A DNA stretch of 64,000 nucleotides, taken from NCBI GenBank assembly GCA_951406725.2, contig OX597828.1:29574001-29638000 (forward strand). The letters run 5' to 3'. Under the pieces are notes generated by a model. That model ran no database searches, was not told the DNA's origin, and saw only the letters and a program-made list of their open reading frames with translations. Below are positions 27,141 to 41,399 of the stretch, in pieces; the first letter of the stretch is position 1, and each line of letters begins with the position of its first letter. This DNA is from Octopus vulgaris (lineage: Eukaryota). The position numbers and the translations under genes were made by a program.

Positions 27141-28899
27141 ATACGAGCAGAAAGGTTTAATAGTGACCGATTATAGATCTTCAAATGAGAGATCTTTATG
27201 TTGTTGTTTAACTTGCTTGAAATATTAAGTTAGCTACCCTCAAATTACCCCCATTGGATTATGCGGTCTATGATACACCTAAAGTGATAAAACGTTCCTG
27301 GCTAGAATACTTCATCTGCTTGATGAGAACTGACCTGAAACAAAACAGAACTAGTATAACAGCAGCAATCGCAGCAGTAGCAACATCAACAACAACAACA
27401 ACAAGTATTCTATCATTGGTTTCTGTTGAGCGAGCACAATGACCGACCCAATATTTTTTGAAGTGGGTAAAAACGAAAAGAATGAAACGTATGCTTCCTG
27501 CACGTTTTCTCAATTTCTTTTCTGTGGAGAGTAGCATAAGAAGTCCTCTAATTCTCTGCCCCCGTTCTTTCGTGTCCGTACTTTTATAACTTTTGTGTAA
27601 TTTGAAAGGTTACATGAGACGAAAACAAAAAAAGACAAAAACGAAGTAGAAAGCTAAACAAAAGCATATAATGAGAAATATTGAAAGGAAAAAAAATATC
27701 TTTGGAATCAAATTATAACGAATTGGTAGATGTGCGTGTGGTGGGAAGTACAAGTATATAATTTAATATTATAAATTGGAGAGAAAATATTTCACGATTT
27801 ACCAAACAACAGTTAGGCACTCATTGAAGTAGTAATCTCAAAAGAGTGTCTTAAATGTCAATATAAAGTTAAAATCACAACAAAAAAAATTGAAATTAAT
27901 ATAAAATAAAAGAGGACACTAGTAGCACCGCTACTAGCATTACTTCCACCACTACCATCATCACCACCACCACCAACAACAACAACATAAACAAGACTCA
28001 TATTTGAGAATAACGATACAAACAAATCACCATTGAATAGAAGAAGGCAAGAGAAATAAACCAAACACAAACACACTCGAGCAATGTTTTCTGAAAAATA
28101 ACATTAGCAGATGATTTAATTAGACGAGAAATTTTGCAGAAAATTTAGTGAAAAATATTTTGACGCAAAAGAAAAAAAACAGGAAAGAAAGAAACACGTC
28201 ATATTTTTAATTTTTCGACTTTTGACTGGTTTGCATTTGTTTTTTTAAATACGATGTTTTTGAAAGTAAGTGAAAGTTACCCAAATATGAGAATCAGTAG
28301 TTTGATCTCATCAATACGTACTTCCCAGTTTTAACAATAATTTCTTTACATCAGCACTGGTGTTTAGTTTATCGATCCTTATATTTGAAAGATATGTATA
28401 TTTAATCGAATTCGAATGGATGAGAGGCAAAATTCGAACTCGGCTGTTATTTGAACTTTAAATGAAAAGAACAAGAGATATCTTGAAATATTTTGTTCGA
28501 CACTTTAACGATTCTGCCGTTCCGGCGCCATTTCCTGTGTTTATAATAGTTCAAAACACTAATCAGAGGATACACTACAGCTGTAAGCGGATATTGTATA
28601 AGCATTTAAGTACTGGATTTAGCTCTAGCTAAGAACTACCAATCCATAGACACCTCCAAAGTAAACCCTATATAAGTGCAGGCATTGCTGAGTGGTTTAG
28701 GGGCTCGCTCTGCAACCACGTGGATTCCGATTCAGCACCACAGTGTAGCACGTTGGTCAAGTGTCTTGTACTATAACCCCCGTCTGGCCAATATACATAT
28801 CTTTCAAATATATTTAAGACAAAATGAAAGAATGGATTTTGACATTCGAATGCTGTTTTTCTTCCTTTGTAGATTACTTTGGACAATATATTGGTTAAG

Positions 28900-29355
28900 T
28901 TTATTTCTGCCGAGGTCGACATTGCTTGTCATCCTTTCGGGATCGATAAATTAAATACCAGTTGCGTACTGGGGTCAATCTAATCGACTGACCCCCTCCC
29001 CCAAAATTTCGGGTCTTGTGCCTAGAATAGAAAAGAATATTGGTTAAATTTGTATCGATTTTACCCTTTTACAATGAGTTTAGATCACACCTATATAAGT
29101 CACTGCAGGCTCTTCAGCGATGGAAACGGCCAGGTATATTTATTCTGTCGATGGAAACGGAACAGTTGGCATTGTTTCGCTCTGCTTTACGGCATTTCCT
29201 CTTTCGTTATGTTCTAAGTTAAAATTCCACGGGTCGAGCTTTAACTTTCGTCCTTTCGGGGTCGATGAAATAAGTACCAGTTATGCACTGGGGTTGATGT
29301 AATCGACTGACCTCCTTCCCCCAGAATTTCAGGCCTTTAGCCTTTAGTAGAAAGG
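28900..29355 (+). mobile_element. Two SINE-B fragments with the alternative CCCCAAAATTTC..CTAGA..AGAAAAG tail
   Basis: Core CCTTTCGGG.TCGAT.AA.TAA.TACCAGTT at ~28935 and ~29250. Confidence 0.8.
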
Positions 29356-29364
29356 ATTATTTTA

Positions 29365-29710
29365 GTACCTGTATTGTTTTCAGTTGTGTTTGTTTGTTTG
29401 TCCGTGGACAAGATATCTCAAGAATCACTGGCTGGATTCAGATGAAACTTTCATGGATGTTTGGCCTCGTAACTGGCACGAACTGATTAGATTTGGGGAT
29501 TAATCCAGTACCGGACAAGGATTCTGGATTATTTTTCCTGTTTATTTTTCTTAATTTTTGAGAGAGTTCGGATTCATTTTTAGTATTCTCGATTGTGAAA
29601 GCAGTCAAGTTTATTTCAGATATTCTCATTTTAAAAATCCTCTCTGGTTATTCGTCGAGAGGATGTTGGTGTTGCCTTGGTGGAGGTTTACGTTCTCTGA
29701 GTGTTCTTCT
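29365..29710 (+). mobile_element. Non-autonomous Helentron/Helitron (HINE/DINE-like)
   Basis: (GTTT)n, then core GGATTCAGATGAAACTTT; 3' GCCTTGGTGGAGGTTT and hairpin-like GTTCTCTGAGTGTTC followed by a T-rich flank. Confidence 0.65.
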
Positions 29711-30342
29711 TTATATATTTATTAAGCCTGGTGAGTCTCTTTTTCCAACAGTAATGACATCCAAAATTAAAACTATAACCAGTCTCTGTTGTAGACATTT
29801 TCCTCATCTTCGACATCATTAATGTATTGTTGAAACATGGACGTCACAAATACCATTTCTGTGAGTTCCCAAAACGCACTATTTCTTCTTTGATGAAATT
29901 AGAAACCGTTTATCAATTCCTGTCAAACGCTGTACTGCAAGAGTGTGTAGGAATGTCTGCATGCAAGATTTTAAAAACTATAATTCGATGTTTTAGAACA
30001 ATTATACTAATGCACAAATGTCTTGAAAAGTAATTTTTAGTATACATGAAACCCGATAAGTAAAACAGTGTAATAGATTTTTAAAGAATTTTTTCTGAAT
30101 GTTTACATTTAAAATAATTTTAAAAAGTTCCAACGAAATATATTTATTTCTTAACCATTTCAGTTATTGGACAGCAGCCATGCTGGGACACTGCCATTAA
30201 AGCTTTTAATCAAAACGATAACCCCTCAGTACTTCTGGTATTCGTACTACCGGTGTTTTTTTATAGAACCGCTATGTTACGGTGGATGTAAACAAACCAA
30301 GCTTTGGGACTATGGCACAAATATACTCACAAAAACACACAC

Positions 30343-30427
<85 letters not shown>

Positions 30428-30430
30428 CAT

Positions 30431-30489
<59 letters not shown>

Positions 30490-30491
<2 letters not shown>

Positions 30492-31930
30492 AGTAGATAA
30501 AGGAATTATCTTATTACGGATAATTCGAAAGATAACCGATACCTGGGTAGCAAACTCACAACAGAAAGAACACGGTTGAAGTTACAACCATAGGGAATAT
30601 ACTCCGTGCCTTAGTGCGGAAATTTGAAGTTTAATTTAATATTACAAGTATAGGAAAGAATGGAGCTGAGCGAAGATTTAACAAAATTCCTTTATTTTAT
30701 TTTCGACATATGTTTCGAAGTCTGCAAAATTCCTAATTCCGAATGAATAAGGAGTCCATTATGCAGCTTTCTCTTCAGGAAAATCCAGGAACTTCTTTCG
30801 CCAACAAAATGCACAACAAGGTTTTAGATGACTGCTCTCGAGGAGCCCATAGCGATAATGATAAATAGTGTCTATTTATAGGGGGTGACGTCAGATTGGT
30901 TGAATGTAGGAGAAACTGGCAGTTACTAGAGTTCAAGGGTTCAATCGAGGTTGGAGGAGGAAGGTAAAAGAATATTAAGGTGAGGGAATGCATTCTGTTT
31001 GACTGGTGTTTATATTGGATTAATTTACGAATGAGTGCTCGTATGTGTGAGTGTGTATAATTGCCTTAGTGTGTGTGTGTGTCTGTGAATGCGTGATTGT
31101 GTGTGTAGAAGGCTGACAGAAAATTAACAGTCAGGAGGTGAAAGGACTGTGTCTGTGTGTTCGAATGTGTCAACTTAAGAGGGAGTGGGCAGAGAGAGCC
31201 CACAATAGTAGTGACAAGAGACGAGGGGACTACTGGAATTGGTAGCAGCTCTTAAAAATTATGAGAAAATCTTATAAACTAAAGGGATGAGATATCACAA
31301 ATTAATTTTGTAGGAAATCCAGGGGTTATCTATATTAGACTTCATTGGTATGAGTGAAAGGTATGCTTTTTCCAGTGTAAGCATCTGAAAGATCTCTCGA
31401 CAATCGAGTTTATTACTTGGCCTCGGGCAAACAGAATATGAAAAAGTTCGGAATTACAGAGGGCACAGATTTTTCTGCCCTTATCAAACGGTAAGGACAC
31501 CGACAATATTGACCATTCCAGCGTAAAAGTTGAATTTGCGTTCTTCCAACGCCAGACTAATTTGCTTAGCTCCGTGGTGTGCTGTTTACTCTTATCTCTG
31601 AACGTGGAAAAATGGTTGGAGACCCTTGTGGCTAATTTAGAAGAGGTTGCGCCAATATAGAGGTAGACATCGGTTCCAGTAGAAATTTTGCACTGGTAAG
31701 TGGTGTTTCTTATTTGATAAGAACCTTAATCTATTGGGATTAGTTTCCGATACTAATACAGCGTTCTTATTTTTATGATGGGTGTAAAAATTACTGCTGG
31801 ATTTGGGCACGATACTATTCATCCTATTTTCAGTAATGAAAATAGGATGAATAGTATAAAATAGTATGAATAGTATAAAAGTGATATTGTCTGCAAAAAT
31901 AAGAAATAGGACACACAAAAGATCAATATT
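30490..31930 (-). mobile_element. Penelope-like element 3' fragment: GIY-YIG endonuclease + 3'UTR/pLTR, ending at (TA)n
   Basis: Open frame ~31345-31700: YQCKISTGTDVYLYIGATSSKLATRVSNHFSTFRDKSKQHTTELSKLVW...WSIL...CALCNSELFHIL...RCLHWKKH. Hammerhead downstream; no RT domain seen. Confidence 0.88.
30700..30783 (-). ncRNA. Minimal type I hammerhead ribozyme with canonical core
   Basis: TTTTC-CTGAAGA-GAAAGCTGCA...TGCAGACTTC-GAAA-CATATG-TC-GAAAA: 5-bp stem I, extended stem II, palindromic helix III, GUC cleavage triplet. Confidence 0.88.
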
Positions 31931-31999
31931 CAAAGTAATCGAACATAAACAATGAAATGGATTATTTCCCTTGGGTGCTTAAAAACATTAGTTATATGA

Positions 32000-32182
32000 G
32001 GTAGATATAAAAGTCCCTTCCAGGGGCAGTATTGTCAATTTTTCAACAATTTAAGTATGTCATGAGGTTTCCAAACATAGGCTCTACTCACGTGCCAAGT
32101 TTCATACAAATCAATAAAATGATGTCGGAGGAGTTAGCTAACAACACCACAAACACACACCGATTTTCCACATATGTAGTAG
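32000..32182 (-). mobile_element. Non-autonomous Helitron 5' fragment
   Basis: Minus strand begins A|TCTACTAC and carries core GATTTGTATGAAACTTGGCAC, similar to 2338-2358. Confidence 0.55.
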
Positions 32183-33484
32183 ATATATGTGTGTGTGCGT
32201 GTGTGTGTGTGTGTGTGAGTAGCTTCACAGTTTCCGTCTACCAAATTAAGAAAAATAAGGCATTGACCGGCCCGGAACTAGTGTAGAAGTCACTTTCCCA
32301 AAGAGCTACACTGGGATTGGACCCGAAACCATGTGGTTATAAAATGTGCGCCAGTAGTTTTTTCACTTGCTCTCCTGTATGTTCAAAAGTAATAATAATT
32401 GAGAGCCACTGCATTATGTTATCAGTATGAAGCGGAAAGCCTGATTTGTTTCCTATTATTGCAAATTAGTTGACTAACCTTAGTATTACAAGAGAGAATG
32501 ACCATATTTTGATCATATAAATCTAATTTAGTATTCTCTACCTGGTGATAATCAATAACGATGAAACAGAGATAGAGTCTCCCTAATTTGAAATTGCGAT
32601 CTTTCAAATGTACTAATAATTCTTTAAAATGTAGACCTATGGCCTGAAATTTGTAGAGGGTTGGTGGGGGATGGTCGATTACATCGATCCCATGGCTCAA
32701 CTGATCACTTGAATAGATGAAGGCCAAAGTCGCCCTCGACAGAATTTGAACTCAGCAGGTAAAAAAACCGAAAGAAATGCTTGTAACACTTTGTTTGACA
32801 CGCTAACTATTCTAGTAAATCGCCACTCCTGGGATATTCTGGACTAACACAAGATTTTATGCCCTTAATACTGAATATGTTTATATATATATATATATAT
32901 ATATGAGAAAGCTACACTTAAGTGAGGAGAGATATGATCAAAGATATTCCTACTGAGACATTCTTATACTTGTACTTTTTAGAAAATGGCAGTACGTTAG
33001 CCAATGCTTCCTTCGAGGGTGTTCTACTTTAGCACAGTTGGGCGAGATTTATGGGAGATTTAGTTTCTATTTTTAACAGACAGACCGTTCAGATAAAAGC
33101 TCCATTATTAAGTCGTGTGGCAAGCAGTTATCGCTACATGAATGAAGACTCGAGGTTGATGATGCCGTTTGAAATGATTTCGCTTCCTTTGAACAGTTAA
33201 TGTCACAAGAGAGGCTATCATAGCGCTTCTCTATATGATATTCCAATAAAATGATGAGTATTTGCGCCAATTTCAGCGCATCTTCTATTTGTCATAGTTG
33301 TGGGTAAGAAAGATCACATCGTAAGGAATATGAGATTCATCCCATGACCTATTTACAGCCACTGAGCATGCTCCAGAGTCTAAACAAATAAATAAACGTG
33401 TATGATGTTAAATCGAAACAAGTTCGTGATGTTTTCGTTTTCCATTTGAATCTATTTCCTCATCATGGATATATGAATGTGTGT

Positions 33485-33539
<55 letters not shown>

Positions 33540-33590
33540 CATATATATAAATATACTTACATGTATATATATACATATATATCCGTGCAT

Positions 33591-33621
<31 letters not shown>

Positions 33622-33784
33622 ATATATTTATATATATATATGTATATATATGTAAATATATGTGGACAGGCATATGTATATGTAGATATATATGTGTATA
33701 CATACATACATATATATATTTCTATATATACATATATCCATAAGGATACATATATGTATATATATATATGTATATATATATACA

Positions 33785-33858
<74 letters not shown>

Positions 33859-34465
33859 TATCCATATGGATACATATATATACATATATGTATTTATATA
33901 TATATATACACACACTCACACATATATTAAACATAAATACACACTAATATATGGTAACGAATGTCACTTCTCGAACCCGATTGTGTTCCACTGGGAACAG
34001 TCTTCAGGCGATTAATTACTTAAAGAAGACTCCCAGTGAGAAACTTGGAAATGTAAGTATATTATTGTTAAATTTCGAAATAAGCTCCACAAACCTAATA
34101 AATTTCTTGCCACTGTTTACTTACTGTTATTCACAGTAGCTGTGAGTTGTACTTGTTCAAGATGTCGAGATCTAAGTGGAGAGAGTAATTATTTGAGTAA
34201 ACAAGTTTTGCCATCGTTATTATAAAGTTGTTGACAAGAAAGAAGCCATTTTTTTAGGTACGCTAAAATTCAAGATCTCTCACTCTCTCTTTCCCTCTCT
34301 CTCACGCACACACATCCAAACAGTTGGACGCACATTACACAGATGTATATACATATGCATAACTAAATATTTGTACATATATCTATATATATGGATATTT
34401 AGGTATTCACGCATATATCTATAAACAAACGTCCATATATATGTACGTGTGTAGGTATATATGCA

Positions 34466-34516
<51 letters not shown>

Positions 34517-34592
34517 GTATATATATATATATATATTATTTATGTATATATATATATATGTATTTATGTATATATATATATATATATGTATT

Positions 34593-34646
<54 letters not shown>

Positions 34647-34654
<8 letters not shown>

Positions 34655-35032
34655 CCTCCAGTACGAGGTCATTTCGTTCCATGAACGAGCTCGTCTTACG
34701 ATTTACTCGTTTCACAAATCAAATTTTCCCATTGAAATTAGCCAAAATATAATTATATCCGTTCTAGTCACCAAATAAACCCTTGAAAATAAATTTTGTA
34801 TAGGTTTTAAAACAGGAAAGGTGTAATTACACGTAGAATCACAATTATACAAAAGAGAATGCAAAGAAATATGTAAACTGTTTTTATTAGCTGAATTACC
34901 TTAAAGATGGGACGATTTGCGTGCTCGTACTGCGGATTTCCGCTCGTACTTCAAGACAAAAATTCGCACGATTCTCGACCAGTACAATAAATTACTCGTA
35001 CACTCAGGTACTCGTACTGCGAGGGTCTACTG
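34647..35032. mobile_element. pogo/Tigger-like MITE
   Basis: Imperfect TIRs TAGTGATACCTC-CAGTACGAG / CAGTAGACCCTCGCAGTACGAG (reverse complement), TA flanks, internal CTCGTAC repeats. Confidence 0.75.
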
Positions 35033-35077
35033 TATATATATAGGAAAAATAGAAGTTGAAAATGAACTGGGAATAGT

Positions 35078-35503
35078 TTACTCTTTTTACTCTTTACTCT
35101 TTTATTTGTTTCAGTCATTTGACTGCGGCCATGCTGGAGCACCGCCTTTAGTCGAGCAAATCGACCCTGGGACTTATTCTTTGTAAGCCCAGTACTTATT
35201 CTATCGGTCTCTTTTGCCGAACCGCTAAGTGACGGGGACGTAAACACACCAGCATCGGTTGTCAAGCAATGTTAGGGGGACAAACACAGACACACAAACA
35301 CACACACACATACATACACATATATACATATACACATATACACGACAGGCTTCTTTCAGTTTCCGTCTACCAAATCCACTCACAAGGCATTGGTCGGCCC
35401 GGGGCTACAGCAGAAGACAATTGCCCAAGGTGCCACGCAGTGGGACTGAACCCGGGACCATGTTGCTGGTCAGCAAGCTACTTACCACACAGCCACTCCT
35501 GCG
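35078..35503 (-). mobile_element. SINE-A
   Basis: Full-length copy. Confidence 0.93.
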
Positions 35504-36262
35504 TATTAAAAAAGTTTAAAAAAGTATTAAAAAAGTTTAAATACTTTTTATTAATATATTGAAAGCTTTAACCGGTTTCTAAGTTTATACTGAATTTTCA
35601 AAGAGTTCAAATATAGAGACGTGATTTATGTCGCAGCTGGTTGAAGCTTGCCCTATTTTTATAGGGAGTTGTTGGCTCAAATTAGTGTATGTTTTGGATA
35701 TGATTTGATTGGTAGTGGATAGTCACATGACTGGTCTTAGAAATTATTGTAGGTTCCCGTTACGTCCGTGTGTTGGTATCAAATGACAATGTTTGGCGTC
35801 GTAAGTTAAGGGTTAAAGTCGACACGGTTAACTGAACATGTCCAATCAATCGATGTTTTATGTCACGTGTTTGTAGAGAATGAACACATGATTAAGTTTA
35901 TAACTTTTTGTACCTTTCCTGCTGCGTTCGTGCATTAGTGTCACGTGACGGTATATTTTGCGCTAAAAAGAAGACCAAGCCCGGTTCAGTGAACATGTTT
36001 ACTTATAATCAAGGTGCTCTAAATTTAATCTGTCTGGTGGAAAAGTGGACAGAAGTCGTTCGTGTGTTGTCCAGTGGCTAACATTTAGGCTGTTAGCTGT
36101 GTGGCTTCCTCATGATAAGTGGCAAAACAAATTTTGTGTGTGTACAGCGTTAAAGTTTGTTAAGTCTTGGTTTGTACTTTTGTATGAAAGCATTTTCTTT
36201 GTTTATCCGTGCTTCATCTGTGGTAGTCGCCGAACATAAGTAGAGTGGGAAAGCTTGGAATA

Positions 36263-36321
<59 letters not shown>

Positions 36322-36322
<1 letters not shown>

Positions 36323-36640
36323 CACAATGGGACAAGAATGCAAAGCATCCAGATAGACGATACAAAGAAAAGAAGGACAGGTCATTCGGAATTTTCTTTC
36401 CTTAGTCGAGTTCCAGATTATTTCGACTGATTATACTCGAGATTGCTCCAATCTGGTCAGCCCCAAGGAAAAGCTAAGCTAAGAGCATTAGATCCCTTGG
36501 AAGAAAGCGACGAATGTATACGAAAACAAGGACTTAAAAAAACGGCGAATGTTACACAAATACAAATAACGTGACATAACAACAGGTGTCTTTCGACTAA
36601 GGACGAATTAAATTAACCTGGCGTGTATGGAAATAAAGCC
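36322..36640 (-). mobile_element. (TA)n-abutting terminal-repeat family (probable Penelope-type pLTR)
   Basis: Homologous to 58020-58340 (AATGGGACAAGAA..GGTCATTCG..CAGCCCCAAGGAAAA.CTAAGCTA.GAGCATTAGAT); strand inferred from the (TA)n side. Confidence 0.65.
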
Positions 36641-36826
36641 TCACGTTAGTGATACAAGATTTCACAGGGAATATTACAAAATTTCAAAAGTGTAAAACAA
36701 AATACAAATAAAATAAAATTTTGAAAGGGATGCAGAAGTAAAGATACAAAATTCGTCAAATACCGTTGAATGGAGAGGAAGAAGTGTGAATGAGTAGCTG
36801 GATATGTCAGTAATATTATGTAACAT

Positions 36827-36861
<35 letters not shown>

Positions 36862-37990
36862 TAATAATAATAATAATAGTCTAGCGTGTAATTCAACATA
36901 GAGAGCGCTCTCCTGAATAATTTTCCTTCAGTCCTATTGTTGATAATGTATTGCTAGGCTTTGATTTAACTAAGTGGTTTTTATGCAGATCAGCTAGCCT
37001 AAGAATACTGTTACCATTTCATTGAAGATATCTGAACTGCAACGGTAATATATTCAACAGAACTGCATAAACAATAATAAGGTGTGTTTCGCTGTTTCTG
37101 TGTTTTAGAGACACAAGATAGTTTACGACGTGTGCATGCATTCGTGTAAAAGTAATGAGAATGCCACCTTATATTTAAAGTGCTTACCGAATTGCATGGT
37201 GTAGTGTTAGCCTTATCGATAGATAAGGAAAAATTCTCACTGCGATTCCAGTATCATGCACACAAACAAACCGAAAAGGAAATAAGAAAGTAATATTTCC
37301 CGGAAACATGCCCCTGCAAATAGTAAATAGCAGCCATTTGTAATTTGTACGTGGAAAGCACGTGACAGCAAGACTGACTTATAATTAACGGAGAGGCCAG
37401 GAATGGAAACAACATGATAAAAGCAAACACGTACTGGGCGAATCACATTTCAGCGATTCATGAGATAAATAACAGACTATGCATGGAATGTTATCACACG
37501 CACGCACGCACACACACACACACACACATACACACAAACACACGCACGCACGCACACACACACACAAACACACACACACACACAAAATACACACATACAC
37601 ACACACATATACACACATGCACACACACACACACAAACACACACATACACACACACAGACACACACAGACATAAACACACACACACATACACACATACAT
37701 ACGCAAAACGCGCCACAACTATCTATATATAAATATATGTATACGCGTGTGCATATACATACATATATGTATATATATAATATTACTCTATATACATACA
37801 TACACACACACATACACACACACACACACATATATATATATGTTATATACGTGTGTTACTGTTTATCTATCTATCTATATATTTATGTGTTTGTATATGT
37901 GTGCATACGAACGTAGAAGTGCTCGTGTAAGCGTGTAGATGTAAGCACAATTACATATGTACACAAACGTACGTGTGTGTGTATATATAT

Positions 37991-38028
<38 letters not shown>

Positions 38029-38079
38029 ATATATACCTACATACAGTAACATACGTATATAACATATATATATACCTAC

Positions 38080-38129
<50 letters not shown>

Positions 38130-38563
38130 ACATACAGTAACACACGTATACAACACACACGTATATATATATATATATTTACAGACACATATATCTGTAT
38201 GTATGTATAAAGCATGCATTCGAATATATATGTGTGTATGCATGTATGCGTGTGTGTGCGTGCATACGGTGTGTTAATGTGTGTGCGTGTGTGTTTTTGT
38301 GCATGCAATTTCCGCGCTGCTTTAAATGCACGACACGTTATCATAAGTATTAGGTCTCCATATCTAAGCCACGTTAAATAATTATATTCCGATATAACAG
38401 TTCGACTGTAAACATAGGAATAAAGTCAATTTCACAGAGTGGAGGATTTTATGAATATAGAATTGGAGAAATGAAAGTAATGAAGGATTCCAAATATCAA
38501 TTACTGGTTTCCTGCCATGATACATGTGTATTTCTCTGTCTGTCTGTCTGTTACTCTCTTTCT

Positions 38564-38607
<44 letters not shown>

Positions 38608-38715
38608 GTATATATATATATATATATACATATATACAAAGCATATATATATATAAATGTCTATACACGCACTATACATATATAAGTATATGTGTATGCA
38701 GTATATATTTACAAA

Positions 38716-38766
<51 letters not shown>

Positions 38767-38769
<3 letters not shown>

Positions 38770-40785
38770 ATTTGCTTTTCGCAGGAAGGAAAGTTTTCTT
38801 GTCGAAGATACGTCTCGCTTTTATCCCTCGAAACGTAGAGTAGATGAAACATTTAGCGACTGAAGAAGGGGCTTTTTCTTTGTGTTAATTGTCCTGTACT
38901 TTATTTTTTTGCTGTTTTTAAATAAATGTCCAGTTCCTTTGGTTTGTGTCTATGTTTTCTTTTCTCTTTGTGTTCGACGTCCTTTTGGTGTCCTGTACTC
39001 ATATATGCGTGTATTTGTACATGTAGAGGTAGGTACGTACATATATGTTTATATATATGCATATGTTTTATTTTATTTATTAATGTATTATATGATGAAC
39101 TAAGTAAGATTGTTCTTTATATCAAGTTTTTGATCTTGATATTAACTCTCACTCACACTCTTAACCTTTCTGTCCCATCCCTTTCTCAGCCTTCATTCTT
39201 TGTTTTCCTTTTCCTCTACTTAACTTGTCTCTTCCTCTCTCTCATTCTTCACTCTCTCTCCCCCTCTCCACCCTTCATGGTTTCCTCACATCCATTCCCC
39301 TTCTTCTCTCCCTTTCTCTTGATCCTCCTCCCTCCTTCCCGTCGTTCACCCGCGACGGGACTTCCGCCTTCCCGTCGTTCTCCCCCGACGCCACTTCCGC
39401 TGCTGTCTTTCTCGCCTGGCTCTCTCAAGGTAATGGACGACTTTTATTCTTGCTCCGCTCGTCGCCCATAAAAAATTCTGCGTTTGCAATACTTTTTTTC
39501 GTTCGGCGTCAACAGCCCTTCTTATCTTGTTTTTCCTTGTCCTGTCCTTTACTGTTTACAATTTGTACTGTCGTCACTGTCCTGTTTTTACCATTTTTTA
39601 CCCCTCTGCGAAAAGATCTCAGAATTTTAATTGATTTGCTTTTCGCAGGAAGGAAAGTTTTCTTGTCGAAGATACGTCTCGCTTTTATCCTTCGAAACGT
39701 AGAGTAGATGAAACCTGTGTTAATTGTCCTGTACTTTATTTTTTTGCTGTTTTTAAATAAATGTCCAGTTCCTTTGGTTTGTGTCTATGTTTTCTTTTCT
39801 CTTTGTGTTCGACGTCCTTTTGGTGTCCTGTACTCATATATGCGTGTATTTGTACATGTAGAGGTAGGTACGTACATATATGTTTATATATATGCATATG
39901 TTTTATTTTATTTATTAATGTATTATATGATGAACTAAGTAAGATTGTTCTTTATATCAAGTTTTTGATCTTGATATTAACTCTCACTCACACTCTTAAC
40001 CTTTCTGTCCCATCCCTTTCTCAGCCTTCATTCTTTGTTTTCCTTTTCCTCTACTTAACTTGTCTCTTCCTCTCTCTCATTCTTCACTCTCTCTCCCCCT
40101 CTCCACTCTTCATGGTTTCCTCACAGCCATTCCCCTTCTTATCTCCCTTTCTCTTGATCCTCCTCCCTCCTTCCCGTCGTTCACCCGCGACGTGACTTCC
40201 GCCTTCCCGTCGTTCATCCCGACGCCACTTCCGCTGCTGTCTTTCTCGCCTGGCTCTCTCAAGGTAATGGACGACTTTTATTCTTGCTCCGCTCGTCGCC
40301 CATAAAAAATTCTGCGTTTGCAATACTTTTTTTCGTTCGGCGTCAACAGCCCTTCTTATCTTGTTTTTCCTTGTCCTGTCCTTTACTGTTTACAATTTGT
40401 ACTGTCGTCACTGTCCTGCTTTTACCATTTTTTACCCCTCTGCGAAAAGATCTCAGAATTTTAATTGATTTGCTTTTCGCAGGAAGGAAAGTTTTCTTGT
40501 CGAAGATACGTCTCGCTTTTATCCTTCGAAACGTAGAGTAGATGAAACCTTTAGCGACTGAAGAAGGGTTTTTTCTTTGTGTTAATTGTCCTGTACTCTA
40601 TTTTTTTGCTGTTTTTAAATAAATGTCCAGTTTCTTTGGTTTGTGTCTATGTTTTCGTTTCTCTTTGTGTTCGACGTCCTTTTGGTGTCCTGTACTCATA
40701 TATGCGTGTATATGTACATGTAGAAGTAGATACGTACATATATGTTTATATATATGCATATGTTTTATTTTATTTATTAATGTAT

Positions 40786-40790
<5 letters not shown>
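38767..40790 (+). mobile_element. Non-coding LTR-internal-LTR-internal-LTR tandem element within (TA)n
   Basis: ~325-bp repeats start at 38767, 39631 and 40465 (periods 864 and 834; the middle copy has a ~28-bp deletion); two near-identical ~540-bp pyrimidine-rich internals; (TA)n on both sides. Confidence 0.92.
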
Positions 40791-40843
<53 letters not shown>

Positions 40844-41129
40844 AATCATTATTTAAGCATTTGGTGTGTACTTAGTATTTAGCCGCTGAAGCACGTTCAC
40901 TATTGATGGCTACCTGATGTCATCCACAGTATTTTTACAATTGCCGCTGTATCTATCTCAGGAATTGCTCACTGTTCATCGAACATATAACAAATGGTAG
41001 AAATGGTAAGTGGAATATAGGAAAAACTTGTATATTCCATTTTCCATCTCTAGCATTTGTTTTCTATATTCTAATATATATCTGTGAAAAAGATGGACGT
41101 TGTCTCACAAGCAGTTGTGCAGGCAAAAG

Positions 41130-41306
41130 TGTTAGTAAATGGTGGTCTGATTGACCTGAAAATTTGAATACCTATGTTAAAAGTGGTTGGGAGTTTGCGT
41201 GGCGACTTTGAGTTTGCTCAATTGAAAGGCGCGGCATCTAGGGTAAAAATCCTCATCTTTAAAATGTGGCCCGAGTGACCGAGCCGACCCGAATAAAATC
41301 GGATTA

Positions 41307-41350
<44 letters not shown>
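41130..41350 (+). mobile_element. Probable LINE 3'UTR with (TAC)n tail
   Basis: GC-richer segment ending AATAAAATCGGATTA(TAC)n. Confidence 0.4.

Positions 41351-41396
<46 letters not shown>

Positions 41397-41399
<3 letters not shown>

Noticed and set aside
38767-40790. CRISPR-like or classical LTR-retrotransposon reading of the array
   Set aside because: The spacers are near-identical and long, and I see no TG..CA ends, PBS, or gag/pol.
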